Positions 39,431-47,798 of a DNA stretch of 64,000 nt are shown in pieces; the stretch's first letter is position 1, and each line of letters begins with the position of its first letter. The notes under the pieces were generated by a model that was not told where the DNA came from, ran no database searches, and worked only from the letters and a program-made list of their open reading frames with translations. The DNA is from Candidatus Micrarchaeota archaeon (GTDB taxonomy: Archaea; Micrarchaeota; Micrarchaeia; Anstonellales; Bilamarchaeaceae). The DNA lies in the NCBI GenBank assembly GCA_040753215.1, contig JBFMEZ010000013.1:18911-82910 (forward strand). The letters are read 5' to 3'. The position numbers were made by a program, and so were the translations under genes.

Positions 39431-40159
39431 ATGGACATTTCGATAATGGAAGACCTCGGGCTTACGCAGGCGGAAATCAAGGTGTATATGGCACTACTGG
39501 AGCTTGGAAGCACGACCGCAGGAAAGGTGGTGGAGCGCTCAGGGCTCCAGAACTCGGTCGTGCACAGGGCACTGAACTCCCTTATAGAAAGGGGGCTGAT
39601 AAATTACATACTCGAAGGAAGAAGGAGGACCTACCAGGCCACTGACCCAAAGAACTTCTTCAATTTCATAGAAGACAAGAAGAAGAGGTTTGAGCAGGTA
39701 CTGCCCGAATTGAAAAAGAAACAGCAGCTGGCAGGGAAAAAGGAAGTTGCGACCGTATATAAGGGGCCGAGGGGGCTAAAGGAGGTCTACAATACGATAA
39801 TCGGCAGCAAGGCGAAAGAATACCTCACTTTTGGGGGAGGGAAGCCATGCGAGGATTTGCTTGGGACTGCGTGGTGGCTGAACATGCATAAGAGAAGGGT
39901 TGCGAACGGGCTTCCCGCCCGGCAGATTTACGATGAGACGGTGAGGGAAATAGGAAAGGAGGTAAATAAGATGCCGTTGTCCGAAGTGCGCTTTGTTTCC
40001 AAGGAATTCGCGCAGCTGCAGGAAACGGTAATCGCAGGGGATTACGTGGCGATTAATGTGTTCACCGAGAGCCCCTATGGCTTCCTTATAAGGGACAGGA
40101 TAGTGGCAGATGGGTACAGGAAGCATTTTGAGCTTCTTTGGAAGCTGGCAAAGAAATAA
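39431..40159 (+). CDS. TrmB-family transcriptional regulator
   Basis: LGLT.AEIKVY.ALLELG, VHRAL..L.E.GL, YQA.DP, G..GLKEV, F..LW. Confidence 0.9.
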   Translation: MDISIMEDLGLTQAEIKVYMALLELGSTTAGKVVERSGLQNSVVHRALNSLIERGLINYILEGRRRTYQATDPKNFFNFIEDKKKRFEQVLPELKKKQQLAGKKEVATVYKGPRGLKEVYNTIIGSKAKEYLTFGGGKPCEDLLGTAWWLNMHKRRVANGLPARQIYDETVREIGKEVNKMPLSEVRFVSKEFAQLQETVIAGDYVAINVFTESPYGFLIRDRIVADGYRKHFELLWKLAKK

Positions 40160-40162
40160 AAC

Positions 40163-40181
40163 GAGCACGCCGGAAGGCGAG
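40163..40181. repeat. third partial copy of the structured-element 3' end
   Basis: GAGCACGCCGGAAGGCGAG, identical to the 3' part of the 31760-31943 element, 3 nt after the TrmB stop. Confidence 0.8.
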
Positions 40182-40258
40182 GAAAAAGTTTGGAAACTTT
40201 GTCCGCTACTGGAAATCCCGGATTCCCGATTCAAGAATGAGAGACTATATCCTATCCT

Positions 40259-40284
40259 CATTAGTGAGAGAGTTCTCACTAATG
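40259..40284. terminator. perfect hairpin between convergent units
   Basis: CATTAGTGAGA-GAGT-TCTCACTAATG. Confidence 0.45.
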
Positions 40285-40492
40285 TTAGTCCCGGACTTCA
40301 TATGCAATTAGATTATCAAATTCCCGGTTTCTGCAGTAAGGCAGGGATGCGGCCAGATCTATTGCTTCTTCCTTCGAACCCGCTTCCACCCTACCGATAA
40401 CGACCGCATCTTCGGTTTCCCCGAACGCCATTCTTCATCAGAAATTCGGTTCTGACCGATTTTCCAACTTCCAATACTATGTAGTTTGCCAT
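40285..40492 (-). pseudogene. possible small ORF broken by a single-base frameshift
   Basis: MANYIVLEVGKSVRTEF in one frame continues as ..AFGETEDAVVIGRVEAGSKEEAIDLAASLPY... in the +1 frame; 208 nt = 69 codons + 1. Confidence 0.3.
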
Positions 40493-40501
40493 GCGAACAC
40501 C

Positions 40502-40630
40502 TCAACCCGCCCGCTTCGGTCCGCGCCTTTCCAATTTTTCCATCCAGGCATTTATGTACAAGAGCGAGGCTTCTTCCCAGTCCGCGAACTCAGCTTTCAT
40601 TTCTCGGATTTCTTTTTTTGAAGGTTTCAT
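40502..40630 (-). CDS. 42-aa small protein coupled to the AlbA_2 ATPase gene
   Basis: ATGA overlap with the upstream stop; MKPSKKEIREMKAEFADWEEASLLYINAWMEKLERRGPKRAG. Confidence 0.45.
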   Translation of the reverse strand: MKPSKKEIREMKAEFADWEEASLLYINAWMEKLERRGPKRAG

Positions 40631-41973
40631 TTCCCGACCACCTTCCAATACCCTCCCTTATCCGGCCCGAAGTGCCTTATTTTGCCCGCCTTCTTAAGCC
40701 TTTCAAGGTGGTATTTCACTCCATCTTCGGTGATTCCAATTATCCCGGCAAGCTCTTTGCGCGAAACCATCGGATTATTACTAATCGCCTCAAGGATTTT
40801 CTGGGTAGTTTTCTGGGTAGTTTTCTGGGTAGTTTCTGGGTGGCGCATCGAAGGCTTATGGGCCTTTGGCCTGAAGAATACAACCCTGAAACCAGTCTTC
40901 ATTTTCTTGAATTCCACTTTTACTCCATTTGCCTTGCACTCGTCATAAATCCTCTTCAGGCCGGAACCCCATCTCTCAATATCCTTGCTGCGGAAAAGCG
41001 CTTCTGCAATGAGAGGATTGCGTGGAATGGATGGCTCATTCCTGAATATGTAGTCCTCGGGCTCAAGATTTTCAGGAAACGTGCCCGGGTTGTCTATTTC
41101 TATGCGGTCTTTGTATATCGCGATATAATTGCTCTGCGGAGAGCTATAATCCCTATGGCATAGGGAATTCACTATGGCTTCACGAAGCGCATCCAGGGGT
41201 ATCTCCGGTATCTCTTCGCGCTCAAGCTTTCCGAATTTTACCCTCCAGGTGATATTCTTTTTGACGTACTCCGCCGAATCCTTCAGCAATCCAAACAAAC
41301 TCTGCCCCTCAAACTGCTGGATATCCAAGAAAGTGAGCTTCTCAACACCTGCAAAAACCGCCGCCTGCACTTTAACGGGGTTCTTGGAGGAAAAAAGGAC
41401 CTGCGCAGCCCGCAATACCCTTCCGTTTCTCATCAGCCCCAGCTTTCCAAGCGTGGCTTCCACGCTTTGGAAGCCAAAATCAATCCTTCCCGCTTCGTTT
41501 GCCTTTTTTACGAACTCCCTGGCGAGCCGGGAATCAATATCCTTAATGCTGCAATCCGACAATTGATTATCCCACTGCATCTTGTCCTTGTTCTTGTAAA
41601 GGATAAGTTTCTCCAGCTCTGAAGCGCTTACCTGGCGGTCCTCGTCGCCAACGCGCATATACGCCCTGCCAAATGCGAAATAAGGGCGAGCATCCCCGGA
41701 AAACGAAACGTAGATGCACTCAGAACCATCTATTTTCACCTTTTTTATTTCTGGGTATATCTTGGGTTCAATATTGTCTGAAATAAACTGCGAAACATCG
41801 CGGAGCGTCTTCTCATTAACCAGTTGCCCAACAACCTCCCCATCATTCTTTATTCCGAAATAAAGCTCACCGGCGCCATGCTTGTTCAGGATGGAAACTA
41901 TGGATATGGCTGCCTCCTTCAGTTCCGATGTGGACCTCTTCAACTCAAGAACCTCGTTCTCCCTAAACTTCAT
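40627..41973 (-). CDS. AlbA_2 (Schlafen-like) + HATPase_c_4 + C-terminal HTH protein
   Basis: E.E..ELKRS, N..GG.LYFG..NDG..VG, ALREA.VN...HRDY, I..NPG, RNP.IA, IERWGSG..RI; TTQK x3 linker. Confidence 0.92.
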   Translation of the reverse strand: MKFRENEVLELKRSTSELKEAAISIVSILNKHGAGELYFGIKNDGEVVGQLVNEKTLRDVSQFISDNIEPKIYPEIKKVKIDGSECIYVSFSGDARPYFAFGRAYMRVGDEDRQVSASELEKLILYKNKDKMQWDNQLSDCSIKDIDSRLAREFVKKANEAGRIDFGFQSVEATLGKLGLMRNGRVLRAAQVLFSSKNPVKVQAAVFAGVEKLTFLDIQQFEGQSLFGLLKDSAEYVKKNITWRVKFGKLEREEIPEIPLDALREAIVNSLCHRDYSSPQSNYIAIYKDRIEIDNPGTFPENLEPEDYIFRNEPSIPRNPLIAEALFRSKDIERWGSGLKRIYDECKANGVKVEFKKMKTGFRVVFFRPKAHKPSMRHPETTQKTTQKTTQKILEAISNNPMVSRKELAGIIGITEDGVKYHLERLKKAGKIRHFGPDKGGYWKVVGK

Positions 41974-42090
41974 ATTCCGGCCCTCCAGAAACTGCCGTGC
42001 AGCTTCTTTTATTCCATCGTTTAAAAAGGTTCTTGGGGTTCTTTTCCGTTATCAATTAAACCCCAGACTTCAGTTTGCCTTAATAGCAAA

Positions 42091-42112
42091 TGATAACATT
42101 TTTTTGTTATCA
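42091..42112. promoter_or_regulatory. 8-bp inverted repeat upstream of the AlbA_2 gene
   Basis: TGATAACA-TTTTTT-TGTTATCA. Confidence 0.45.
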
Positions 42113-42127
42113 ATTGTTATATATCGG

Positions 42128-42540
42128 TCAAATCCCCTCCTGCATCTTCCTCACCTTCTCCAGCAGTTCATCATTATTCGCCCTCTCAATGCTCTCATAA
42201 AGCTCGTTCTTTGCAGTATGCACGTAAATCATCGTAGTCTGCAAGTTCGTATGCCGTGCAAACTTTGAGGCCAGAGCCACATTCCCCCCATTCTTCCTGC
42301 AGAAATTAGTAATCGCATAATGCCGAAGGCTATGGGTGCTCAACCTATACAGCGTCTTAGGACTTTCCCCAACGCTGTACCCGTAAACCTCATCCAGCTT
42401 GGCCTTCTTCACGTATTTCATGAAAAATTTCCTTGCGGTCTGGGAGGTGATGTATGGCTTTGTCTTGTCTGTCTTCGTCCCCTCCTCAAGGGAGAAGAAG
42501 AGGCTGCCTTGCCGAAAGGGATTGCGCTCTGCTGCAATCC
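42128..42540 (-). pseudogene. tyrosine recombinase/integrase C-terminal fragment
   Basis: HSLRHYAIT box II, ARHTNLQTTMIY catalytic His/Tyr; box I Arg region missing; 5' side ends in a heptamer tract. Confidence 0.85.
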
Positions 42541-42584
42541 GGAAACTCGAAACCAGGCACGGGAAACCCGTTCTTTCCGGCATT

Positions 42585-43205
42585 CTATTCTTTTTCCGGC
42601 GCAACAATCCTTTTTGCTAGGAAGAGAATTCTCAGCACGACCTCCAGCCCCATGAGCATGAGGAAAAACGGAAGCGCATCCCCTATGAGCTCCGCCATCT
42701 CCGCCAGCCGCTGCTCTATTATAAGCGGGGAGAATGTGGTCGGGGATGCGAGGAAAACCGCAAAAAGCGCTATGGGCACGGTTTTCGCCACATCAACCGC
42801 GATGTCCTCGTCCAAGTACGAGCAGATTCTTGTGGCTGCGACAAGCGATATCGAGATGAACATCATATCCGCAATGGAGGCGGTCTTGGATATGAAATAG
42901 AGGAATATGGTAAGCACGACGAACCAGACGAAAACCGCGAGAGGAAAGACAATCACGTACTCCAGCCCGAACTTCACCCTCTCCAGGACCTGCGGCACGA
43001 AGCCCTTGCCGACCTTCTTCCAGTCTATCTCGAATATGTTTCTCCTTGAGAAGGTTTTCCAGAATGTCCCGATGACGAGCGCATAGATGGTTATGGTGAG
43101 CACCATCATGGCCACGTTCGCCGTGCCCGCACCCAGCTGCGCCTGCAGCTGCGAGTAGAAGTTCCCGGCCGCTTCCGCCGCAACAAGAGTAAGGCTCTCT
43201 GCCAT
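42585..43205 (-). CDS. membrane protein of unknown function
   Basis: Four to five TM helices; ..RI.SY..ED.A.D.AK..P motif. Confidence 0.75.
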   Translation of the reverse strand: MAESLTLVAAEAAGNFYSQLQAQLGAGTANVAMMVLTITIYALVIGTFWKTFSRRNIFEIDWKKVGKGFVPQVLERVKFGLEYVIVFPLAVFVWFVVLTIFLYFISKTASIADMMFISISLVAATRICSYLDEDIAVDVAKTVPIALFAVFLASPTTFSPLIIEQRLAEMAELIGDALPFFLMLMGLEVVLRILFLAKRIVAPEKE

Positions 43206-43271
43206 GCGCCTGATAATCAGAAAAAGGTTAAATCGTTTGCCATTGTAACCATGGTTACATTACAATTCATT

Positions 43272-44580
43272 GTGAACTACCACCGGTCAAAGACCGGTGG
43301 CTTCCTGCTTCATAGAAGATACTTGCCCATTATGTTTATAATGGGTAGAGGTCTCCTCTCTGCAGGCGTTACTTCCCACAGTTCCTGCGGTAGCCATTTT
43401 TGCCAAACGGCCAGCTTGCTCGGTCGACCGTTTGGCAAACCTGAGTATGTTTATTGCTGCATTGAGGTCGCGGTGCATGGATGCGCCGCATGCGCATTTA
43501 TGCCATCTCTCTGCAAGCGATTTCTTCTGCACCAAACCGCAGCTGCTGCACGTCTGTGTTGTATGGGCAGGCTCAACCAGCACAACTTCGCAACCAGCAC
43601 TCTCAGCCTTGTATGCGAGCATGCTGCTAAATTCCGCCCAGCTGCAGTCCAGTACGGATTTTGCAAGGAATCCTTTTGCCAATCCTTTTGTATTCAGGTT
43701 TTCCATTGCAATGAAAGAATATTTTTCCACCAGCTTCCTGCTTGTTTTATGAAGGAAGTCCCTTCTTCGGTTCGCCAACTTTTCATAAGCCGATGCAACC
43801 TTCAGCCTTGCCTTTCTTCTGTTTTTGCTTCCCTTCTTTTTCCCGGAAAGGAAACGCTGCGCACTCTCCAGTTTTTCTTCGGCATTTTTCAGGTGCCGCG
43901 GGTTTTCCAGCATCGTTCCATCGCTGAGGCATGCGAAGTTCTCAATTCCAAGGTCGATTCCAACAGGCGGGCCGTCTTTCTTGGGAACCCGCTTCTCTTC
44001 TATTTCTGAAGTGAAAATGGCAAACCATTTCCCTGAAGGCATCCTCTTTATCGTGAGGGTCTTTATTTTTCCTGCAATTTCCCTGTGCTTTTCGATTTGG
44101 ATTTTGCCTATTCCCGAAAGTTCAAGCTTTTCATCCAGTACGAAGCCAAACTGTGGATATGTAAATGATTTCATCCTTTCCATGGTTTTGAACCTCGGGA
44201 AGCCTGCCTTCATGCCTGCTTTCCTTTTGAGCATCATGCCCCTCAGGCATTTTACGAGCCTGTCTGCAACGTTCTGCGCAACCTGGGAGAATAATGGTGT
44301 TCCTTTTGTCTGCAAATAGAGCTGCTGGCGCGTTGGAAATTTTCCTGTTTCCTTATAATATTTTTTTGTGTATTCTAGAAGGGAATTCCACAGCTCTTTG
44401 CACTCATGGAGGCATTCGCCCATTTGCTTTTCCTGGGACCTGGATGTGTAGAGCCGGAATTTCCATGCCCTTGTTCGCATATGCGACTCTGGCGCACGGC
44501 GGTTTATAAGGATTTCCCGGGTGTGATTCCAGTAATCGTTTATGGAGATTTTTGCATCCACCGGTCGCAGACCGGTGGAA
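43272..44580 (-). mobile_element. non-autonomous IS200/IS605-family (IS1341-like) element
   Basis: Related subterminal hairpins CCACCGGTC-N3-GACCGGTGG at 43280-43300 and 44558-44578; right end ...GGTAGTTCAC; tnpB only. Confidence 0.9.
43287..44480 (-). CDS. tnpB: TnpB RNA-guided endonuclease
   Basis: KFRLY, LWN..L, GFPRFK, RuvC-I VGIDLG, RuvC-II IAMENL, TTQTCS.CG...HKC.CG, RuvC-III HRDLNAAINIL. Confidence 0.96.
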   Translation of the reverse strand: MRTRAWKFRLYTSRSQEKQMGECLHECKELWNSLLEYTKKYYKETGKFPTRQQLYLQTKGTPLFSQVAQNVADRLVKCLRGMMLKRKAGMKAGFPRFKTMERMKSFTYPQFGFVLDEKLELSGIGKIQIEKHREIAGKIKTLTIKRMPSGKWFAIFTSEIEEKRVPKKDGPPVGIDLGIENFACLSDGTMLENPRHLKNAEEKLESAQRFLSGKKKGSKNRRKARLKVASAYEKLANRRRDFLHKTSRKLVEKYSFIAMENLNTKGLAKGFLAKSVLDCSWAEFSSMLAYKAESAGCEVVLVEPAHTTQTCSSCGLVQKKSLAERWHKCACGASMHRDLNAAINILRFAKRSTEQAGRLAKMATAGTVGSNACREETSTHYKHNGQVSSMKQEATGL

Positions 44581-44615
44581 TTAAGGCTTTAAACCTTCCT
44601 TCAGAAACAGGAGCC

Positions 44616-45335
44616 ATGGACGAATTAGGCGTAAACCGCAACCTCCCTGTCCTGCGCCTGAACCGCGTGAGCACCGGAATCTCGCAGTTCGACATAATGC
44701 TGGACGGGGGCTACAAGAACCCCGCCACGGTAGCCATCCTGGGCCCGACAGGCCCGGAGAGGAGGGTGTTCGCCTTCCATTTCGTATCCGCGGGCATACA
44801 GGCAGGCGACAAAATCCTTTACATAACCACCGACCGGACCCCGGATGAGCTGGAAAAGCTCGCAGGCGAATTCGGGATCAGCATAAAATCCGACCTTGTG
44901 AAATACCTGGACTGCTATTCGCTGACCGTATCAACGCAGGCCCCTGCCGTGCCGAGGCCCAACATTGTCCAGATAAGCAGCCCCTCCGCCCTCAACGAAC
45001 TCTCCCTCGCAATAAACGAGGCGCTCGAGCAGATGCAGGCGAAAAGGCTGCGCGTGGTCTTCCACTCCTTCTCCACGCTCGGTGTGCACTCCCAGCAGGA
45101 TTCCCTGTTCAAGTTCCTCTCCCTGGTCGACGGCCGCCTGAAGAACGCTAATGCCACCACCCTCCTGCTTGTTGATGAGGGCATGCATGATGAGAAATTC
45201 CTCACAATACTCAGGCATGCGGTTGATGAGGAGTTCAGGATAAGGGTTTCCGAAGGCGCGAAGGTGGTCTCCAGCCCCGAGCTGCCCCTGGAGGTGCCCA
45301 TAAGGGTGGGGCCCCTCGGCGTGGAGGTGGACTGA
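44616..45335 (+). CDS. RAD55/KaiC-family ATPase domain protein with degenerate Walker A
   Basis: STGISQFD.ML.GG, GPTGPERR in place of GxxGxGKT, LYITT. Confidence 0.85.
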   Translation: MDELGVNRNLPVLRLNRVSTGISQFDIMLDGGYKNPATVAILGPTGPERRVFAFHFVSAGIQAGDKILYITTDRTPDELEKLAGEFGISIKSDLVKYLDCYSLTVSTQAPAVPRPNIVQISSPSALNELSLAINEALEQMQAKRLRVVFHSFSTLGVHSQQDSLFKFLSLVDGRLKNANATTLLLVDEGMHDEKFLTILRHAVDEEFRIRVSEGAKVVSSPELPLEVPIRVGPLGVEVD

Positions 45336-45643
45336 TGTTCGAAGTCCTTGAGAAGCTCAAGAACCAGGGCATAATGGCGGCGATAATAAGGCGGGACGGG
45401 GTGGTGCAGGCATCCAACTTCAACCTCCCCGACGGAGTGGAGAGCATGGCCTCCTTCGGCTTCAACATAGGGGATGCGCTCCTCCGCGAAGTGAAGGATG
45501 AAGCATCAGAGCTCATAATCACCGCAGGCGCGAAGAACATCATCCTGCACGGCATGGAGGGCGACAACATCCTTTTTGCAGTGATTACAAGCAAGGAGCA
45601 GTACGAATTCTACAAGTCCGCAGTCGAGCCGCAGAGAGGGTGA
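45335..45643 (+). CDS. roadblock/LC7-domain protein
   Basis: GI.AAIIRRDG.V..SN.P; ELII.AG..NII; 1-nt overlap with the KaiC-like gene. Confidence 0.75.
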   Translation: MFEVLEKLKNQGIMAAIIRRDGVVQASNFNLPDGVESMASFGFNIGDALLREVKDEASELIITAGAKNIILHGMEGDNILFAVITSKEQYEFYKSAVEPQRG

Positions 45644-45647
45644 GCCG

Positions 45648-46973
45648 GTGGACATAGACCCAGTGCGCAATTCCCTCTCAACGAAATCCTTCTTCTGCGA
45701 TTTCCGCCACCTCCGCATCTCTAGCCACACCGTGGGAATAAAGGACGGGGAGGCGGAGTGCAGGGAAGGCGTTGAGGAGGGAATTGCCGTGCGCGCATTC
45801 ATAAACGGCTCCTGGGGCTTCGCCTCCGGCCCTCTATCCGATTTCCACTCCCTCCTCTCCAGGGCCGAAAGGCTCGCTTCCTCCGGAAAGGGCAATTCCA
45901 TTTACCCTCCGCGCGAATCCGAGCTTTCCCATCCCGGAAAGGCCCCCCGTTTCCATCCTTCGGGCGCAGAGGACCTCATCTCCACAGGCAATGCTCTCTA
46001 CTCCGAGATGGAAAATGAAAAAATCCGCAACAGGCAGGTGCGCCTCTCCGAGCTCCTCACCCGCCGTATATACGCAAATTCCGCAGGCGCGCTAATGGAG
46101 GACGAATCCCTCCTCCTCTACTCCCGCTTCTCCTGCATAGGGAAGGAAGGGACCGTAACGCAGGAAGGCCGCCACACATGGGGCTCGCGCGAAAAATGGG
46201 ACGAAGAATCCCTCTTCTCCTCCGCAAGGGAATCCAAAAGAAAATGCCTCGATTCCCTCTCGGCTCTCCCACCCCCTTCCGGCACCTTCACAGCAATCCT
46301 GGACAACGAGATGGCGGGCGTGTTCGCGCACGAGGCGGTGGGCCACGCATGCGAAGGGGATGCAATAATGGAGCACTCATCAATTCTCGAAGGGAAGAAA
46401 GGGATGAAGATAGGCTCCGAACTCATAAGCATATGGGACTCTCCTGAAACAGAAGGCGCATTCGGCTCCTACTCTTTCGATGATGAGGGAATGCCCGGAA
46501 AGGCAGTGAACCTCATCCACCAAGGCACCCTCTCCGCCTTCCTCCATTCCGCGGAGAGCGCCCACTCGCTCGGCGAGCAGCCGAACGGCCACGCGCGCGC
46601 AGAGGATTTCAGCGTCCCCCCCATCGTCCGCATGAGCAACACCTATATAGAGCGCGGAGACCATAAGGTGGAGGAGCTCCTTGATGTGGATGAAGGGATT
46701 TATGTAAAGGGGATGAACGGGGGAAGCGTGGACACGATCACCGGCCAGTTCATGTTCCGCGCGGAGGAGGCATTCCTCATCCACAGGGGCGTCCTCGGGG
46801 ACCGCATCCGCGACCTCTCGGTCACAGGTACAATAACCGGCACCCTGAAGGAGGTGGATGCGGTCGGCAGCGACTTCCGGCTGAAGCCCGGCTTCTGCGG
46901 GAAGAACGGCCAGACAATGAACGTGAGCGACGGCGGCCCCCACATCCGCGTGCGCTCTATGAAGGTTGGCTGA
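45648..46973 (+). CDS. tldD: TldD/PmbA-family metalloprotease
   Basis: G.AVRA...G.WGFA, GVFAHEAVGHACEGD, GSY.FDDEG, RM.NTY, C.KNGQ...VSDGGPH. Confidence 0.93.
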   Translation: MDIDPVRNSLSTKSFFCDFRHLRISSHTVGIKDGEAECREGVEEGIAVRAFINGSWGFASGPLSDFHSLLSRAERLASSGKGNSIYPPRESELSHPGKAPRFHPSGAEDLISTGNALYSEMENEKIRNRQVRLSELLTRRIYANSAGALMEDESLLLYSRFSCIGKEGTVTQEGRHTWGSREKWDEESLFSSARESKRKCLDSLSALPPPSGTFTAILDNEMAGVFAHEAVGHACEGDAIMEHSSILEGKKGMKIGSELISIWDSPETEGAFGSYSFDDEGMPGKAVNLIHQGTLSAFLHSAESAHSLGEQPNGHARAEDFSVPPIVRMSNTYIERGDHKVEELLDVDEGIYVKGMNGGSVDTITGQFMFRAEEAFLIHRGVLGDRIRDLSVTGTITGTLKEVDAVGSDFRLKPGFCGKNGQTMNVSDGGPHIRVRSMKVG

Positions 46974-47023
46974 CCTTCCAGTTCCCAGTTGCCCGTTCCC
47001 GGTTTCCCGTTTTCAGCATCTGG

Positions 47024-47761
47024 CTAGCGCCATTTTATTGCTTCGGGCAATTTTTCCGCCAAATCCGATGCGCAATAAGCATACCCCTTCTCCCTGAAAA
47101 GCAGCTCCCCCGCCCTCTTGTTCGCACGCGATGCCGCAACCGCGGCCTCCATCGCATCGTTCTTTGCATACAGCGCGCAGAGGAGCCCCGCAAGAACGTC
47201 CCCGGTCCCGCCCTTGGTCATGCCGGCATTCCCGCCCTTCACCAGCACAGTCTCCTTCCCGTCCGAAACCATGTCCACCCTTCCTTTCTTCAATATTGTG
47301 CAGCCCCACTTCCCGGCCATCGCGCGCACGTGCTCCGGGCTCCCGCCCACTCCAAACAGTTTCCTGAACTCCCCCTCATGCGGCGTAATGAGGCAGCCTT
47401 TCAGTTCCTTCGGCTCTGCTTTCCTGAGCGCATCCCCATCCAGAATTGTTTTCGCATACTTCCTTCCCAGCTTCCCCAAATCCAGGTGCGCATCCCCCAG
47501 CCCCGGCCCGGCAAGGGCGCAGTCCGCCTCCGGGTACTCCTCAACCACAATCACTTCCGGAATCCCGGATACAGCAAACATCAGCTTCTCATCTTTCTCC
47601 CCGGGCATGAAATACACAAGGTCCGCGAACCTCCTCGCGCCGAGGATGCAGAAAACGGCGGCCCCGTGGTATCTCCTGCTTCCCGCAACAACCAGAACCT
47701 TCCCGTTCTCCCCCTTGTGCGAACCCTCCGGCGGCTTATGCAAAGAGAGAATCCCCTTCAT
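47024..47761 (-). CDS. nnrD: ADP-dependent NAD(P)H-hydrate dehydratase (YjeF C-terminal domain)
   Basis: SHKG.NG.V.V..GS..Y.GA, GPGLG, LDGDAL, ITPH.GEF, GGTGDVLAG. Confidence 0.93.
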   Translation of the reverse strand: MKGILSLHKPPEGSHKGENGKVLVVAGSRRYHGAAVFCILGARRFADLVYFMPGEKDEKLMFAVSGIPEVIVVEEYPEADCALAGPGLGDAHLDLGKLGRKYAKTILDGDALRKAEPKELKGCLITPHEGEFRKLFGVGGSPEHVRAMAGKWGCTILKKGRVDMVSDGKETVLVKGGNAGMTKGGTGDVLAGLLCALYAKNDAMEAAVAASRANKRAGELLFREKGYAYCASDLAEKLPEAIKWR

Positions 47762-47798
47762 GCGAACAATTAAAATCCGCACCAATAAAACCCTTTCC

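Larger units (their letters stand above)
30760..42570. mobile_element. degenerate genomic island adjacent to tRNA-Ile(TAT)
   Basis: Begins at a tRNA 3' end and ends in an integrase remnant; visibly more AT-rich than the backbone; accessory cargo; no att duplication found. Confidence 0.6.

Noticed and set aside
40797-40843. 12-bp tandem repeat (TTTTCTGGGTAG) x3-4
   Set aside because: Encodes the TTQK linker; short tetrapeptide repeats before the HTH are ordinary for AlbA_2/HATPase_c_4 proteins.
42480-42660. attR duplication of the tRNA-Ile 3' end
   Set aside because: No match to GGAGTTCAAATCTCCATGGGCCCA was found by eye, so island boundaries remain inferred.
44406-44615. N-terminal extensions of the KaiC-like and TnpB ORFs in the track
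   Set aside because: They run through the IS left-end hairpin; downstream ATGs (44616 and 44480) match the domain starts.
47118-47798. N-terminal 227 aa of the 488-aa track ORF
   Set aside because: Antisense to nnrD; the real membrane protein starts at 47799.
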